A stretch of DNA of 35,311 nucleotides from a virus. Positions 8,417-16,666 of this stretch are shown piece after piece. Under the pieces are notes generated by a model. It was given only the letters and a program-made list of their open reading frames with translations, was not told the DNA's origin and searched no databases. Positions within the stretch are counted from its first letter, which is position 1. The number at the start of each line of letters is the position of its first letter. The translations under genes were made by a program, and so were the position numbers. The stretch spans positions 1 to 35,311 of the IMG/VR virus record IMGVR_UViG_3300017934_000004. The stretch is one strand, 5' to 3'.

Positions 8417-9249
8417 TGGCAGTTGCGACACGTACGACCATCATCCCTAACCGCGGGCGACGCCGGCCCGCGGTTAGGCCGATCTCGCCGCACAGGAAAC
8501 GTGCGGGGGCAAAGCGGGCGAAAAATCCATCCGATGTGATCGGATGGACTATGAACAAGGGCCGAAAGTCGGCACAGAAAGGGCGAGGTTTTACAATGGC
8601 ACAGAAATCGAAAAAGAAAAAGAAATCCGCGGCCGGCGCGCGGCCTGTCATCATCATGCGGGCGAACACCGGCAAGAAGCAAAACCGGAAAAACGCCGGC
8701 CACCACAAGCATCATCACGCGATGAAGCACAACAGAGGCCGGCATCATCATGTTCGCCATAATATCGGCGGCGGACGGATGCGCGGAGTGAGCGACCTGG
8801 TGATTAACGGTGTTTTCGTGATCGCCGGCGCGTTGGGCTCGAAACTCATCGCGCAAATGGTGCTCGGTGCCAACAACACAGGCATTATGGGGTACGGCGT
8901 GAGTCTCCTCGCCGGCACTGCGCTTTGGTTTGCAACCGACAAGCTCTTGAAGAATCCCGCGGCCTCGGCCGGCGTGATCTCGGGAACGATCGTGCAAATC
9001 ATCATCCGTCTGCTCAACGACTACACGCCTTTCGGCACGTACGTTGCGAGCCTTGGCATGGGTGACTACCAGGCGCAGGCGTTCCTTACGCCTCAAATCC
9101 TGGTCGATCCGTACAAAAACTCCACTATCAAATTTCCCGCGGCTCTCATGCCGCCGGCGCCTAGCGCGCCGCCGCCGTCGAAAACCATGCCGGCGTCGGT
9201 GGGCGTGAGCGGGTTTGATCCGCTCTATGGTGGCCGCAGCATTTACTAA
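8416..9249 (+). CDS. Basic His/Lys-rich protein with hydrophobic C-terminal half
   Basis: TAGTG overlap (alternative ATGs at 8551 and 8596). KKKKK and HHKHHH..GRHHHVRH tracts. 2-3 hydrophobic helices. LGMGD at 9052..9066. Confidence 0.55.
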   Translation: MAVATRTTIIPNRGRRRPAVRPISPHRKRAGAKRAKNPSDVIGWTMNKGRKSAQKGRGFTMAQKSKKKKKSAAGARPVIIMRANTGKKQNRKNAGHHKHHHAMKHNRGRHHHVRHNIGGGRMRGVSDLVINGVFVIAGALGSKLIAQMVLGANNTGIMGYGVSLLAGTALWFATDKLLKNPAASAGVISGTIVQIIIRLLNDYTPFGTYVASLGMGDYQAQAFLTPQILVDPYKNSTIKFPAALMPPAPSAPPPSKTMPASVGVSGFDPLYGGRSIY

Positions 9250-9307
9250 GGGGCTCGCGACTGGCGCGGGCGGCAGTAAAAATTTAAAGAACAAGGGAGC
9301 ACTTGCG

Positions 9308-10057
9308 ATGCACGCGAAACAATTCGATTTCCGTAAACGGCCAACCCTCGAACAGTTGGCCGCGTGGCTTGAAACGCACACGATTGGAGGCGGGGCCTAT
9401 GGCCCCAATCCCAATCAGAACCCCAGCGGCCAGATTCTCGACGCGACCGAGGCGCAGGGCCGCAACACGAACTCGATCATGGAGGGCTGGGTCGATCGTG
9501 GTCCCTGGCAGTACTGGGATACGATTCCATTTATCGCCGGCGCGCAGGTAGCACAAAGCTACTCGCCGTTTTCGGTGCCGATCGGCCAACAGGATCCGAT
9601 CACGAACACCACGAAAACCAAACTGCAGACCAACCTGCAGCGTGGCAACCAATTCCCGCCGCCGAAATGCCTGCTGCTCATGGCAATCGGCTTTTACTTC
9701 GATCCGACCTGGGCGCTTTCCGATATCCAGGCAGTTTTGAACGCATGCTATATGCAGTTCAAAATCGACGACAAGATTTTCCACGAGGGTTTTCTGTGGG
9801 ACTTCCCGCCGGGCGGTGCGATCACCGGCTTTACGCAAAACTCGGGCGATTCGACTTTCACGCTCGGACTGCCGGCGCCGCAGTACCAACGCCGGTATGG
9901 TGATTGGGCGAAGTACATCGCGCCGATTCAGCAATTCTCGATGGACCTGATTTTCGGCGGTGGCGGCGTCGCCATCCCGACGGTAGGCGTCGCCGAGGGG
10001 CCGAATAACTACCTCATCGTGCAGCTCGACGGCCTGACCGATCGGTCGGTACAGTAG
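9308..10057 (+). CDS. Putative major capsid-like beta-sandwich (jelly-roll-like) protein
   Basis: Strong SD aagggag 8 nt upstream. 249 aa, beta-rich. Followed by an 8-bp stem-loop. Has a shorter paralog at 26847..27398. The capsid role is inferred from position, expression signals and strand pattern only. Confidence 0.55.
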   Translation: MHAKQFDFRKRPTLEQLAAWLETHTIGGGAYGPNPNQNPSGQILDATEAQGRNTNSIMEGWVDRGPWQYWDTIPFIAGAQVAQSYSPFSVPIGQQDPITNTTKTKLQTNLQRGNQFPPPKCLLLMAIGFYFDPTWALSDIQAVLNACYMQFKIDDKIFHEGFLWDFPPGGAITGFTQNSGDSTFTLGLPAPQYQRRYGDWAKYIAPIQQFSMDLIFGGGGVAIPTVGVAEGPNNYLIVQLDGLTDRSVQ

Positions 10058-10067
10058 CTCCGGGTCT

Positions 10068-10098
10068 GCGCCTGGTGTTTACTCTCCTTGCCAGGCGC
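10068..10098 (+). terminator. Stem-loop downstream of the capsid-like gene
   Basis: gcgcctgg (10068..10075) pairs with ccaggcgc (10091..10098) around a 15-nt loop. There is no U-tract, so it may be an attenuator or RNA-stability element rather than a canonical terminator. Confidence 0.4.
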
Positions 10099-10186
10099 GC
10101 GCTAACCCGAGGGCAGGCGCGGCGGCCGTTTACGTTCAGGCAGCGGTCGCCGTGGCTGTTCTCTTTTTGAGTTTCTGGAGGCCTTT

Positions 10187-10810
10187 ATGTACTTGCTGAG
10201 CTCGGATTCCTGCTCTCATCCGAACAGTGCGACGCCGATCCCACAAACGGCGATCGACGCGCAAAATGTGCGGATCGCGCGCGTCGGGCATCATTTCAAT
10301 CGCGGCAATGCGGCGATAGATGCGATCATGGCGGCGCTCACGCCGCCGGTTGCTAGTCCGTCCTGTGGCGACCTGCAAAATAGCGATGGTTTAATCGCCG
10401 GCTCTCCGTTCCCAAATCCTGGCGGCGGCCCGGCGCCAACAGTCGAAATCATGAGCGCGTCACAGCTCGCCGCCTGGTACAAGTCATGGAGCGCGAGCTC
10501 GGCCGCTGCGGCGGCTGCAGCGAATTACGGCTCAATCCCTATGCCGATCGTGGGCGGTCCTTCTGCCGGTATCTCGCGCTTACCGCGGGGCGTGCGGCCG
10601 GCCAGGTGGGGCCGTTGGGCGCCGCCTGGCGTGTCGGCCCAGTGCCAGGATCCCGAAGTTTTGCCGGTCGCGACCGTCTCACGGCCGGCGAATGGCAGTG
10701 GTACGCAAAACGCTGCGGCGCCGCAGGCCTCGGTCATGCAGCCGTGGCAGTGGCTGGCGCTCGCAGCTCTCGCGGGTTTGGGTTTGTATCAGGTTTCAAC
10801 GCAAAGGTAG
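10187..10810 (+). CDS. Tail-anchored membrane protein
   Basis: ggagg SD 6 nt upstream of the ATG. Ala/Pro/Ser-rich. C-terminal helix WQWLALAALAGLGLY followed by QVSTQR. Confidence 0.6.
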   Translation: MYLLSSDSCSHPNSATPIPQTAIDAQNVRIARVGHHFNRGNAAIDAIMAALTPPVASPSCGDLQNSDGLIAGSPFPNPGGGPAPTVEIMSASQLAAWYKSWSASSAAAAAAANYGSIPMPIVGGPSAGISRLPRGVRPARWGRWAPPGVSAQCQDPEVLPVATVSRPANGSGTQNAAAPQASVMQPWQWLALAALAGLGLYQVSTQR

Positions 10811-10813
10811 CAA

Positions 10814-11188
10814 ATGTTCGAGGGACTCCGACAAGCCGATGCTGTGCTCGACGCCTGCGGGCGTGAAGTCGCGCCGCCGGGCTACAAGTTTGTGGACCTT
10901 CCTTATGTCATTCCACAGAAAGCGACGTTTACCAGTGGCGGCCCGACGCCGTTTCAAATCCGCGTGAAAAACAACGGGCTCACGGCGTTCCGCTGTAAGG
11001 GCATCGTGATCGATTGCATCTTACCGATCCGTATAAAGTGGCCGTCGGGCCGCTATCTCGCTCAGGGGCCGAGCTGGCCGGGCTCGGCTGGCTCGCCCAT
11101 CGGCGCCGGTGGAAACTTGATCGCGCTGAACGAGGAAGTCGAGATTGAAAGCGGCGCGAATATCGTCATCGAGGTTTCGCAGCCATGA
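10814..11188 (+). CDS. Truncated beta-sandwich domain protein (paralog of the N-terminal domain of 13942..14937, lacking the last strand)
   Basis: Roughly half of aligned residues are identical to 13942 aa 8-135 (VLDACGR..PPGY..VDLP, F-x-C-[KR]-G, IRI[KR]WP.GRYL.QGP, IALxxExEIExGAxIxIE). It ends at IEVSQP, before the IQFWGV strand. Confidence 0.65.
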   Translation: MFEGLRQADAVLDACGREVAPPGYKFVDLPYVIPQKATFTSGGPTPFQIRVKNNGLTAFRCKGIVIDCILPIRIKWPSGRYLAQGPSWPGSAGSPIGAGGNLIALNEEVEIESGANIVIEVSQP

Positions 11189-12315
11189 CCGAAATAGTAG
11201 ATTCCTTCGGCCTGTACGTGCTTACCTCGGTGAGCCCTGGCGCGAGCCAGAACTCGCTTACCACGTTTTGGAATGCGATCGGGCCTGGTGGTTTCACTAT
11301 GGGCGTGCAGGCTGGCGCCGGCGACCGTGGCAATCCGGCGCTTTATCTTCCGTTCGGCGCCGCGATTTGCAAAACAGTTTCGCATCAGCCGACATACACG
11401 CTCGGCCTCCGCGTTTCAATGAGCTGCGTCGCCGGCGTCGGCGGCGGATCTTCTTTTCTTCAGTTCTGCAACTGCGGTTTCGCGCTCTGCTCTCTCCGCG
11501 TGAACCCCGATGGCTCGATTCTGGTCTACGGAAACAATGTCGGTAGCACTGTGATTTTCACGGCGCCGGCGGGCACCTTGACGGCGGCGACGCAAACCTA
11601 TCTCGAATTGACGGCGACCGTCACGGCCGATGTGCTCGGCGACATGAGCGTAACGGCCGAGGCTTGGGTCAACTCAGTTTCGATCGGCAGCGGATCCGCT
11701 GCGCTCGGCCGGAACATCAGCACGCTCAAAAATGCGGCTGCGAATTTCAACCAGATTTTCATTTTTTCCGGCGTCGCGACGAACGGCCAGGCGTTTGTGT
11801 CCGACCTGTACCTAAACAATGGGCAAGGGCCGACGAACACCGGCCGGCTCTCGCTTTTGCCGCCGAATAATACGGCGCCGTTTGTGATCGTTGAGCCGCT
11901 TGTACCTAACGCTGACACATCGCCGCTCAATTGGACGCCGCTCGCGCCTGGCCCGCACTTCAGCGAGATCAACGAGGTTCCCGCCGACGGCGATGCGTCT
12001 TACAACTTCGCGGCGGCCGCGGCAGCCGGCACGATCGACAATTACCGCTGGCAGCCGATCTCTACTTTTGTAGGAACCGTGCAATCGGTGCAGCTCCGCT
12101 ATCAGGCGCGCTCGACCGCGGCCGGTCCGGCCGGCTATCGTTCGACTGTAGGAATCGGCGGGATCGAGGCGACGGGACAAAAAGCCGGGCTCTGTAGTTC
12201 CTATACTTACCAGGGCTCGCAGACATTCGACCTTGATCCGCGTACCGGGCTGCCCTGGGCACAGCCGAATTTTAACTTGAAACCGTTCGGCGTCGAAGTG
12301 GTGGCACTGCCATGA
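11185..12315 (+). CDS. Fibre/spike-like protein, LamG/concanavalin-like N-terminal domain (inferred)
   Basis: ATGA overlap at both ends. 376 aa, beta-rich, Gly/Asn/Thr-rich. Composition is typical of phage receptor-binding proteins. No direct motif proof. Confidence 0.5.
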   Translation: MTEIVDSFGLYVLTSVSPGASQNSLTTFWNAIGPGGFTMGVQAGAGDRGNPALYLPFGAAICKTVSHQPTYTLGLRVSMSCVAGVGGGSSFLQFCNCGFALCSLRVNPDGSILVYGNNVGSTVIFTAPAGTLTAATQTYLELTATVTADVLGDMSVTAEAWVNSVSIGSGSAALGRNISTLKNAAANFNQIFIFSGVATNGQAFVSDLYLNNGQGPTNTGRLSLLPPNNTAPFVIVEPLVPNADTSPLNWTPLAPGPHFSEINEVPADGDASYNFAAAAAAGTIDNYRWQPISTFVGTVQSVQLRYQARSTAAGPAGYRSTVGIGGIEATGQKAGLCSSYTYQGSQTFDLDPRTGLPWAQPNFNLKPFGVEVVALP

Positions 12316-13955
12316 GCCTGCTGTACGACGACGATTTCCAGAGCTATGCAGTCGGCGCATTCCCGCCTTATGGAAACCTGTTTAATATCGCGATTATTGC
12401 GCCGAAGATCGCAAACAGTGTCCCGCCTGGTGGCGTTTTTGGTGCCGCCAAGTACGTTAACATGGCCTCGCTGCCGAGCCTCATCTGGCCGACGACGACA
12501 CCTTCGACGGCACTACCGGCTTACTCTGAATTTTCCGTTTTCCAGCACGTGCTCATCCTGGGCGGCCAGGGGAGCGATGAACAGGGCGCGATTTTGCAGT
12601 TCAATTGCAACCTAAGCCCATTCGCAGGCATAAGCCTCGCTGCGCTGCGCGTTCTCTCCGATGGAACTCTCGCATTTACGGCACCGCAGAGCTCGGCCTT
12701 TTCTCCGAATCAGTTTGTTTCAAACGATTCGATTCTGGTCAATGCCTGGTACTCGATCCAGACCAACGTTCGGTTTTTCGCGGCCGGTGCATTCGTCGGC
12801 GTCGATGTCGAGGTAGCGATCAATAACAAGTCGGTTTTTGCCGGCAGTTTCGTGACCACTCAAACGGTGGCATCGCTGCCGGCCCTATTCGTAAACAATC
12901 TAATTTTCGGTGGACTCGGCGGCGGCTGCGCTTATGGCCGTATCACCGTTTCTGATACAATCCTCCCGATCGGCGCCGATCCCCATGCCGGCACACCCGA
13001 CGTGCGTGTGACGCAAGGCGCGATCGAGCTCATACTCGCGGCGTCTGGTGGCCTGCCGGTGCCAGTGTGCCCTATCGGTGGCGGTAACGCGACGGTCGGG
13101 CAACTCTACAACAAGACATTGACCGCAAGCGGCGGCATTCCGCCTTACACCTGGAATGTAACCGGCCTGCCGCCCGGCATCACATTCAATCCGGTAAGCG
13201 GGCAATTGCTCGGGATCCCGACCACGCCAGGCACGTTTACATACCTGGCGACGGTTACCGACCTGGCGACGGCGATGGGCTCGGTTAACTGCACGATTGT
13301 AGTCGTCGCCTCGCTCACCGTCGATATTCAGTTTTGGGGCGTGCTCCGTTTCCTGGTGCCGGTTGGATCTGGCGACGGCGACGCCGCTGAGTATTCGGCG
13401 ATCGGGCGCCAGGCATTACGCAGCCTGGCCGCGATCGCGCTTAGGGCGGCCTCAGTGCTGCTCGACCAGTTGGCGCGCACCCTGGCGCCGGCGAGCTCAG
13501 GGCGCCGCCTGCAGCTCGCCGCGTCGCCGGCGTCGGCCGTTAAAATTCCGATCCCTATGCCGGCCGCTCTGGAAACTGCAGCGGATAAGTGCAACTTGCG
13601 ACCGTTTGTGCAACCGGTTGCACAAACGACGCGAGAAACAAATGAGTTAGGTATATCCTTAACACTATCATCGCCTCGCATTCGCTTTTCTGGCGGTTTC
13701 AGTTTTTCTTGGCGGCCATTCGTGCAACCGGTTGCACAAACGACGCGAGAAACAAATGAGTTAGGTATTCCCTTAACACTATCATCGCCTCGCATTCGCT
13801 TTTCTGGCGGTTTCAGCTTTTCTTGGCGGCCATTCGTGCAACCGGTTGCACAAACGACGCTAGAAACAAACGGCTTAGGTATTTTACCCTGCCATTTGGC
13901 AGGGGCTCATAAAACGCCGACGTTTTTAGGGGAGGGTATCAGTGGCGCAGCTTAG
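12312..13955 (+). CDS. Fibre/spike-like protein with Ig-like (He_PIG-type) domain; 3' third reads through a 114-bp repeat array
   Basis: Residues 248-332 (13053..13307), containing GQLYNKTLTASGGIPPYTWNVTGLPPGITFNPVSGQLLGIPTTPGTFTY, match the putative Ig domain consensus. VDIQFWGVLRF at 13320..13352. No stop until 13953. GC3 falls from about 75 to about 38 percent inside the repeats, so the real C-terminus is uncertain. Confidence 0.55.
   Translation: MSLLYDDDFQSYAVGAFPPYGNLFNIAIIAPKIANSVPPGGVFGAAKYVNMASLPSLIWPTTTPSTALPAYSEFSVFQHVLILGGQGSDEQGAILQFNCNLSPFAGISLAALRVLSDGTLAFTAPQSSAFSPNQFVSNDSILVNAWYSIQTNVRFFAAGAFVGVDVEVAINNKSVFAGSFVTTQTVASLPALFVNNLIFGGLGGGCAYGRITVSDTILPIGADPHAGTPDVRVTQGAIELILAASGGLPVPVCPIGGGNATVGQLYNKTLTASGGIPPYTWNVTGLPPGITFNPVSGQLLGIPTTPGTFTYLATVTDLATAMGSVNCTIVVVASLTVDIQFWGVLRFLVPVGSGDGDAAEYSAIGRQALRSLAAIALRAASVLLDQLARTLAPASSGRRLQLAASPASAVKIPIPMPAALETAADKCNLRPFVQPVAQTTRETNELGISLTLSSPRIRFSGGFSFSWRPFVQPVAQTTRETNELGIPLTLSSPRIRFSGGFSFSWRPFVQPVAQTTLETNGLGILPCHLAGAHKTPTFLGEGISGAA
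13594..13885. repeat. Tandem repeat, 114-bp unit, about 2.6 copies
   Basis: Units 13608..13721 and 13722..13835 are 111/114 identical. A third partial unit starts at 13836. Each begins with the palindrome GTGCAACCGGTTGCAC. Confidence 0.9.
13608..13851. promoter_or_regulatory. Three copies of the 16-bp palindrome GTGCAACCGGTTGCAC, 114 bp apart
   Basis: Exact copies at 13608..13623, 13722..13737 and 13836..13851, upstream of the gene starting at 13942. Confidence 0.7.
13887..13926 (+). other. Two short hairpins between the repeat array and the 13942 start
   Basis: ccctgcc-attt-ggcaggg (13887..13904) and aaaacg-ccga-cgtttt (13911..13926), followed by a ggagg SD. Confidence 0.4.
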
Positions 13956-14937
13956 AATGCAACCGCTACGTGAGGCCGATATGGTGCTCGACGCGTGCGG
14001 CCGGCGGCAACCGCCGCCGGGTTACCGTTGGGTCGATTTACCGGCCGTGCTGCCGTTCAACTGGTCACAATTCGCGACCGTAGCGCCAGTGACGCCGGCG
14101 CAGGGACGCGTTGCCAACAATTCCAAGGCGAATTTTATTTGCCGCGGCGTGATGATTCAGAGCCCGGTCGGTGTGCGGATCCGCTGGCCTGGCGGCCGCT
14201 ATCTCTCGCAAGGGCCTACTTGGGTCGGCGTGCCGACCGTGCCGGGCAATCCGATCGCGACCGGCGGAAGTATGATCGCGCTCGACAGCGAGCAGGAAAT
14301 CGAGCGCGGCGCAAAAATCGCGATCGAAATGTCGGGCGGCACTGCCGGCCTGGTTAATATACAATTTTGGGGCGTGCGACGGTACTTACTTATGCAACCG
14401 AAAAACGGCGGCGCCGGCAGCTCGCCGGCGATGATTCCGGATCCGATCGACGAGCTGGAAGCACGGCCACGCTATCGGTGCGGGCCGCCTCAGAACATCA
14501 TGGCGCCCGAGTGGTACCTCGGAAACCAATGCACGCCGGAAACGCCGGCAGGTTACGAAGATGAGCCCTTTACATTCTTCTCGCCGCCGATCACCGTGCC
14601 CGTCGCAAAGCAGAATTTCAATAACGCCGTGATCGTGCCCGGCGGCGACGATGTGATTATCCGGCGGTACCGGGCAATCACCGATTACAGCGGGCTCGGT
14701 GGAGCCAGCTCGACGATTCCGGTATTCTCGCTGCGGCTGCCTAATGGCTATTCAGTCACCGGCGGCGATCTTGTTCCGACGCCGTTTCTGTTCTGGATCC
14801 CGATGTTTCCGACGATCCGCCTGCATCCCGGCGATCGGATCATACTCGACGTGGCCGACATGCAACCGGTCGGTACGGGCTCGGTGACGACGACGTTTGA
14901 ATTTGAGGGCGTGAAACGGAGGAAACTCATAGTATGA
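13942..14937 (+). CDS. Two-domain beta-sandwich protein (domain family F-x-[CL]-R-G .. F-x-G-x-[KR])
   Basis: GTG start 6 nt after ggagg. Domain 1 has FICRGV, IRIRWPGGRYL, AKIAIEM, VNIQFWGVRR. Domain 2 has VIIRRYRAI, FSLRLPNGY, LHPGDRIILDV, FEFEGVKRR. Confidence 0.7.
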   Translation: MAQLRMQPLREADMVLDACGRRQPPPGYRWVDLPAVLPFNWSQFATVAPVTPAQGRVANNSKANFICRGVMIQSPVGVRIRWPGGRYLSQGPTWVGVPTVPGNPIATGGSMIALDSEQEIERGAKIAIEMSGGTAGLVNIQFWGVRRYLLMQPKNGGAGSSPAMIPDPIDELEARPRYRCGPPQNIMAPEWYLGNQCTPETPAGYEDEPFTFFSPPITVPVAKQNFNNAVIVPGGDDVIIRRYRAITDYSGLGGASSTIPVFSLRLPNGYSVTGGDLVPTPFLFWIPMFPTIRLHPGDRIILDVADMQPVGTGSVTTTFEFEGVKRRKLIV

Positions 14938-15779
14938 AAATGCCGTGCCAGTTTCCGCGGGATCTTTTCAAGCCGCAATTTGCTTATGCGACGCCGCAGG
15001 GTTACCGCGATGAACCCTACTGGATCCCGTTCAAATTCACCATACCGGCCGACGGCAATATCCATTTAGGCCTACCTTGGTCGCTCGACGACGACGTGCC
15101 TTTTATCCTACGCGGCGTGATCTTCCCGGCGATCGGCACGGCGCAACCTGGCGCGAACACGATCCCGCCGACGGCATTCCCTGCCCTGTGCCGGATGCGC
15201 GATACGGAGGGGAATGCGCTGCAGGATACGCTAGTGCTCGCGCTCGGCGTATGGGCTCAATCCGGCTTTGCTCCGACGACGACGCCGACCGGCATCAACG
15301 CATTCGGTTTTCCTGTGGAGCCGGAAGTTTTGTGCGCGCCGGGCGGCACAATCATTTTCGATTTTCAAATTCCAACCGATGCAGTGCCGGCGACGCTGTC
15401 GCACACGGTCGGCGGTTCGACGGTGGTTTTCGCGGCCGCGGTGTACGGCCTGGCAGGCAACGCTTACACCATCCAGTTTACAAATCCTGGTGCACCTAGC
15501 GTGCCGCTTTCGGTCGCCGTCGTCGGCAATGCGGTAAACGTCACGCTCGCCACTAACGGCGCCTCAGTGATCGTAACCACGATCGCGCAAGCCGCCGCGG
15601 CGATCAATTCAACGCTCGCGGCCCTGGCGCTCATGGGCGCCGTCGTCACTGTCGGCGGCTCTGACCTCGCGACGGCCTTCGGGCCAACAAATCTAGCCGG
15701 CGGCCTGGCGCAAGTCGGCGCCGGCGTCGTACTGACCGGGACTATGATCGGCGTCAAACGCTTTCCGGAGTGTGACTAG
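14934..15779 (+). CDS. Beta-sandwich domain protein with inserted Ala/Val/Thr-rich module
   Basis: ATGA overlap. PQGYRDEPYW, FILRGVIF, CRMRDTEGNAL, PGGTIIFDF. About 110 aa are inserted before the last strand, LTGTMIGVKRF. Confidence 0.7.
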   Translation: MKMPCQFPRDLFKPQFAYATPQGYRDEPYWIPFKFTIPADGNIHLGLPWSLDDDVPFILRGVIFPAIGTAQPGANTIPPTAFPALCRMRDTEGNALQDTLVLALGVWAQSGFAPTTTPTGINAFGFPVEPEVLCAPGGTIIFDFQIPTDAVPATLSHTVGGSTVVFAAAVYGLAGNAYTIQFTNPGAPSVPLSVAVVGNAVNVTLATNGASVIVTTIAQAAAAINSTLAALALMGAVVTVGGSDLATAFGPTNLAGGLAQVGAGVVLTGTMIGVKRFPECD

Positions 15780-15781
15780 CA

Positions 15782-16666
15782 ATGATTCAACGCCATCAGG
15801 ATTATCAACTCACGATTCCGGTCGTGCCGCCAGGCGGCCTGAATGATTTGCCGCTGAAGCTCGACACGGATGCGCCTTTCGCGTTGCGCCTGGTCAAATC
15901 GCGGAACCTCGGGCTCTCTGGTTTTCGTTTTGAAACGCCGCGGCGCCAGTGGCAGAGCTCAGGGCTCACTACTGACCTTATTCCGCAAGCGCCAGGCGCG
16001 ACACTTCCAAATCCGCAACCATCGCGCGGGCGGATCCTCTATCCCGAGCTGGTCTATCCGATCGGCGGGACCATTGTTTGTTCGGTCGGCAACACCACGA
16101 ACTCGAACCTCACAAACGTAAAGCTGCTATTCCGTGGCTCGAAACTTTTCCCCGACGGTGCGATCCCGTCGCCGACCTATCCGGCGAAAATGTCGGTTTT
16201 GCCGTTCCTGTATCCGCCGAGTGAAACGGTGTTAGTGAACGTGCCGGCAGTGACGGCGCCGGCAATCCGAAACGTGCAGCTCCGCAACAAAACCGACGCC
16301 GATTTCGTGCTGCGCTATGGCGTCTGTGATCCATTCACTCTCGGGATCGACGGCGGCCCGTACCGGCCGTTTAATTACACCGAGCTGTATGTGCAGCTCC
16401 GCGATGAAGGCTATAAGGCCTATTCGAATGAGCCGATCCACGTAAACGACCTTTTCGGGCAAGGGCAGCCGCGGCCATTTCAAACCTCCGTCGCCGGCCT
16501 TCCGGTGAATGATGACGACGTTGTTTTCCTGCCAAACGTGTTCACGCCTGAGATTTACATTTTGCGCGATCACTCGATTTACTTCGACGTGTACCGCAAT
16601 GATCCCGGTAGTGGCCCGGTCGATTTGCATTTTCGATTTCAAGGAAGTAAGGTGTTTTCACGATGA
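15782..16666 (+). CDS. Two-domain beta-sandwich protein
   Basis: Domain 1 has FALRLV, FRFETPRRQW, PIGGTIVCSV, LLFRGSKLF. Domain 2 has FVLRYG, LYVQLRDEGY, EIYILRDHSIYFDV, FRFQGSKVF. Confidence 0.7.
   Translation: MIQRHQDYQLTIPVVPPGGLNDLPLKLDTDAPFALRLVKSRNLGLSGFRFETPRRQWQSSGLTTDLIPQAPGATLPNPQPSRGRILYPELVYPIGGTIVCSVGNTTNSNLTNVKLLFRGSKLFPDGAIPSPTYPAKMSVLPFLYPPSETVLVNVPAVTAPAIRNVQLRNKTDADFVLRYGVCDPFTLGIDGGPYRPFNYTELYVQLRDEGYKAYSNEPIHVNDLFGQGQPRPFQTSVAGLPVNDDDVVFLPNVFTPEIYILRDHSIYFDVYRNDPGSGPVDLHFRFQGSKVFSR

Noticed and set aside
8413-9381. 322-aa minus-strand ORF, and similar long antisense ORFs at 3578..4246, 7474..8052, 9284..9934, 19634..20065 and 28827..29453
   Set aside because: These are shadow ORFs typical of GC-rich DNA. 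Their translations are Arg/Pro/Ala-rich and low in complexity. They lie fully inside better-supported genes that have SD sequences, coupling and recognisable domains on the other strand.
13825-13841. Sigma-54-type promoter (TGGCGG ccattcg TGCA) at the start of each 114-bp unit
   Set aside because: The GG-to-GC spacing is 13 nt rather than the strict 12 nt of the TGGCAC-N5-TTGC consensus, and the -12 element is just the palindrome half-site.
13594-13885. Possible CRISPR array, because of the regular repeats
   Set aside because: The 114-bp units are contiguous tandem copies with no unique spacers between them. The unit is far longer than a CRISPR repeat, and no cas genes are present.
12312-14937. 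Diversity-generating retroelement acting on the duplicated fibre or beta-sandwich sequences
   Set aside because: No reverse transcriptase ORF exists anywhere in the window. The differences between the repeat copies and between the paralogs are not adenine-specific.
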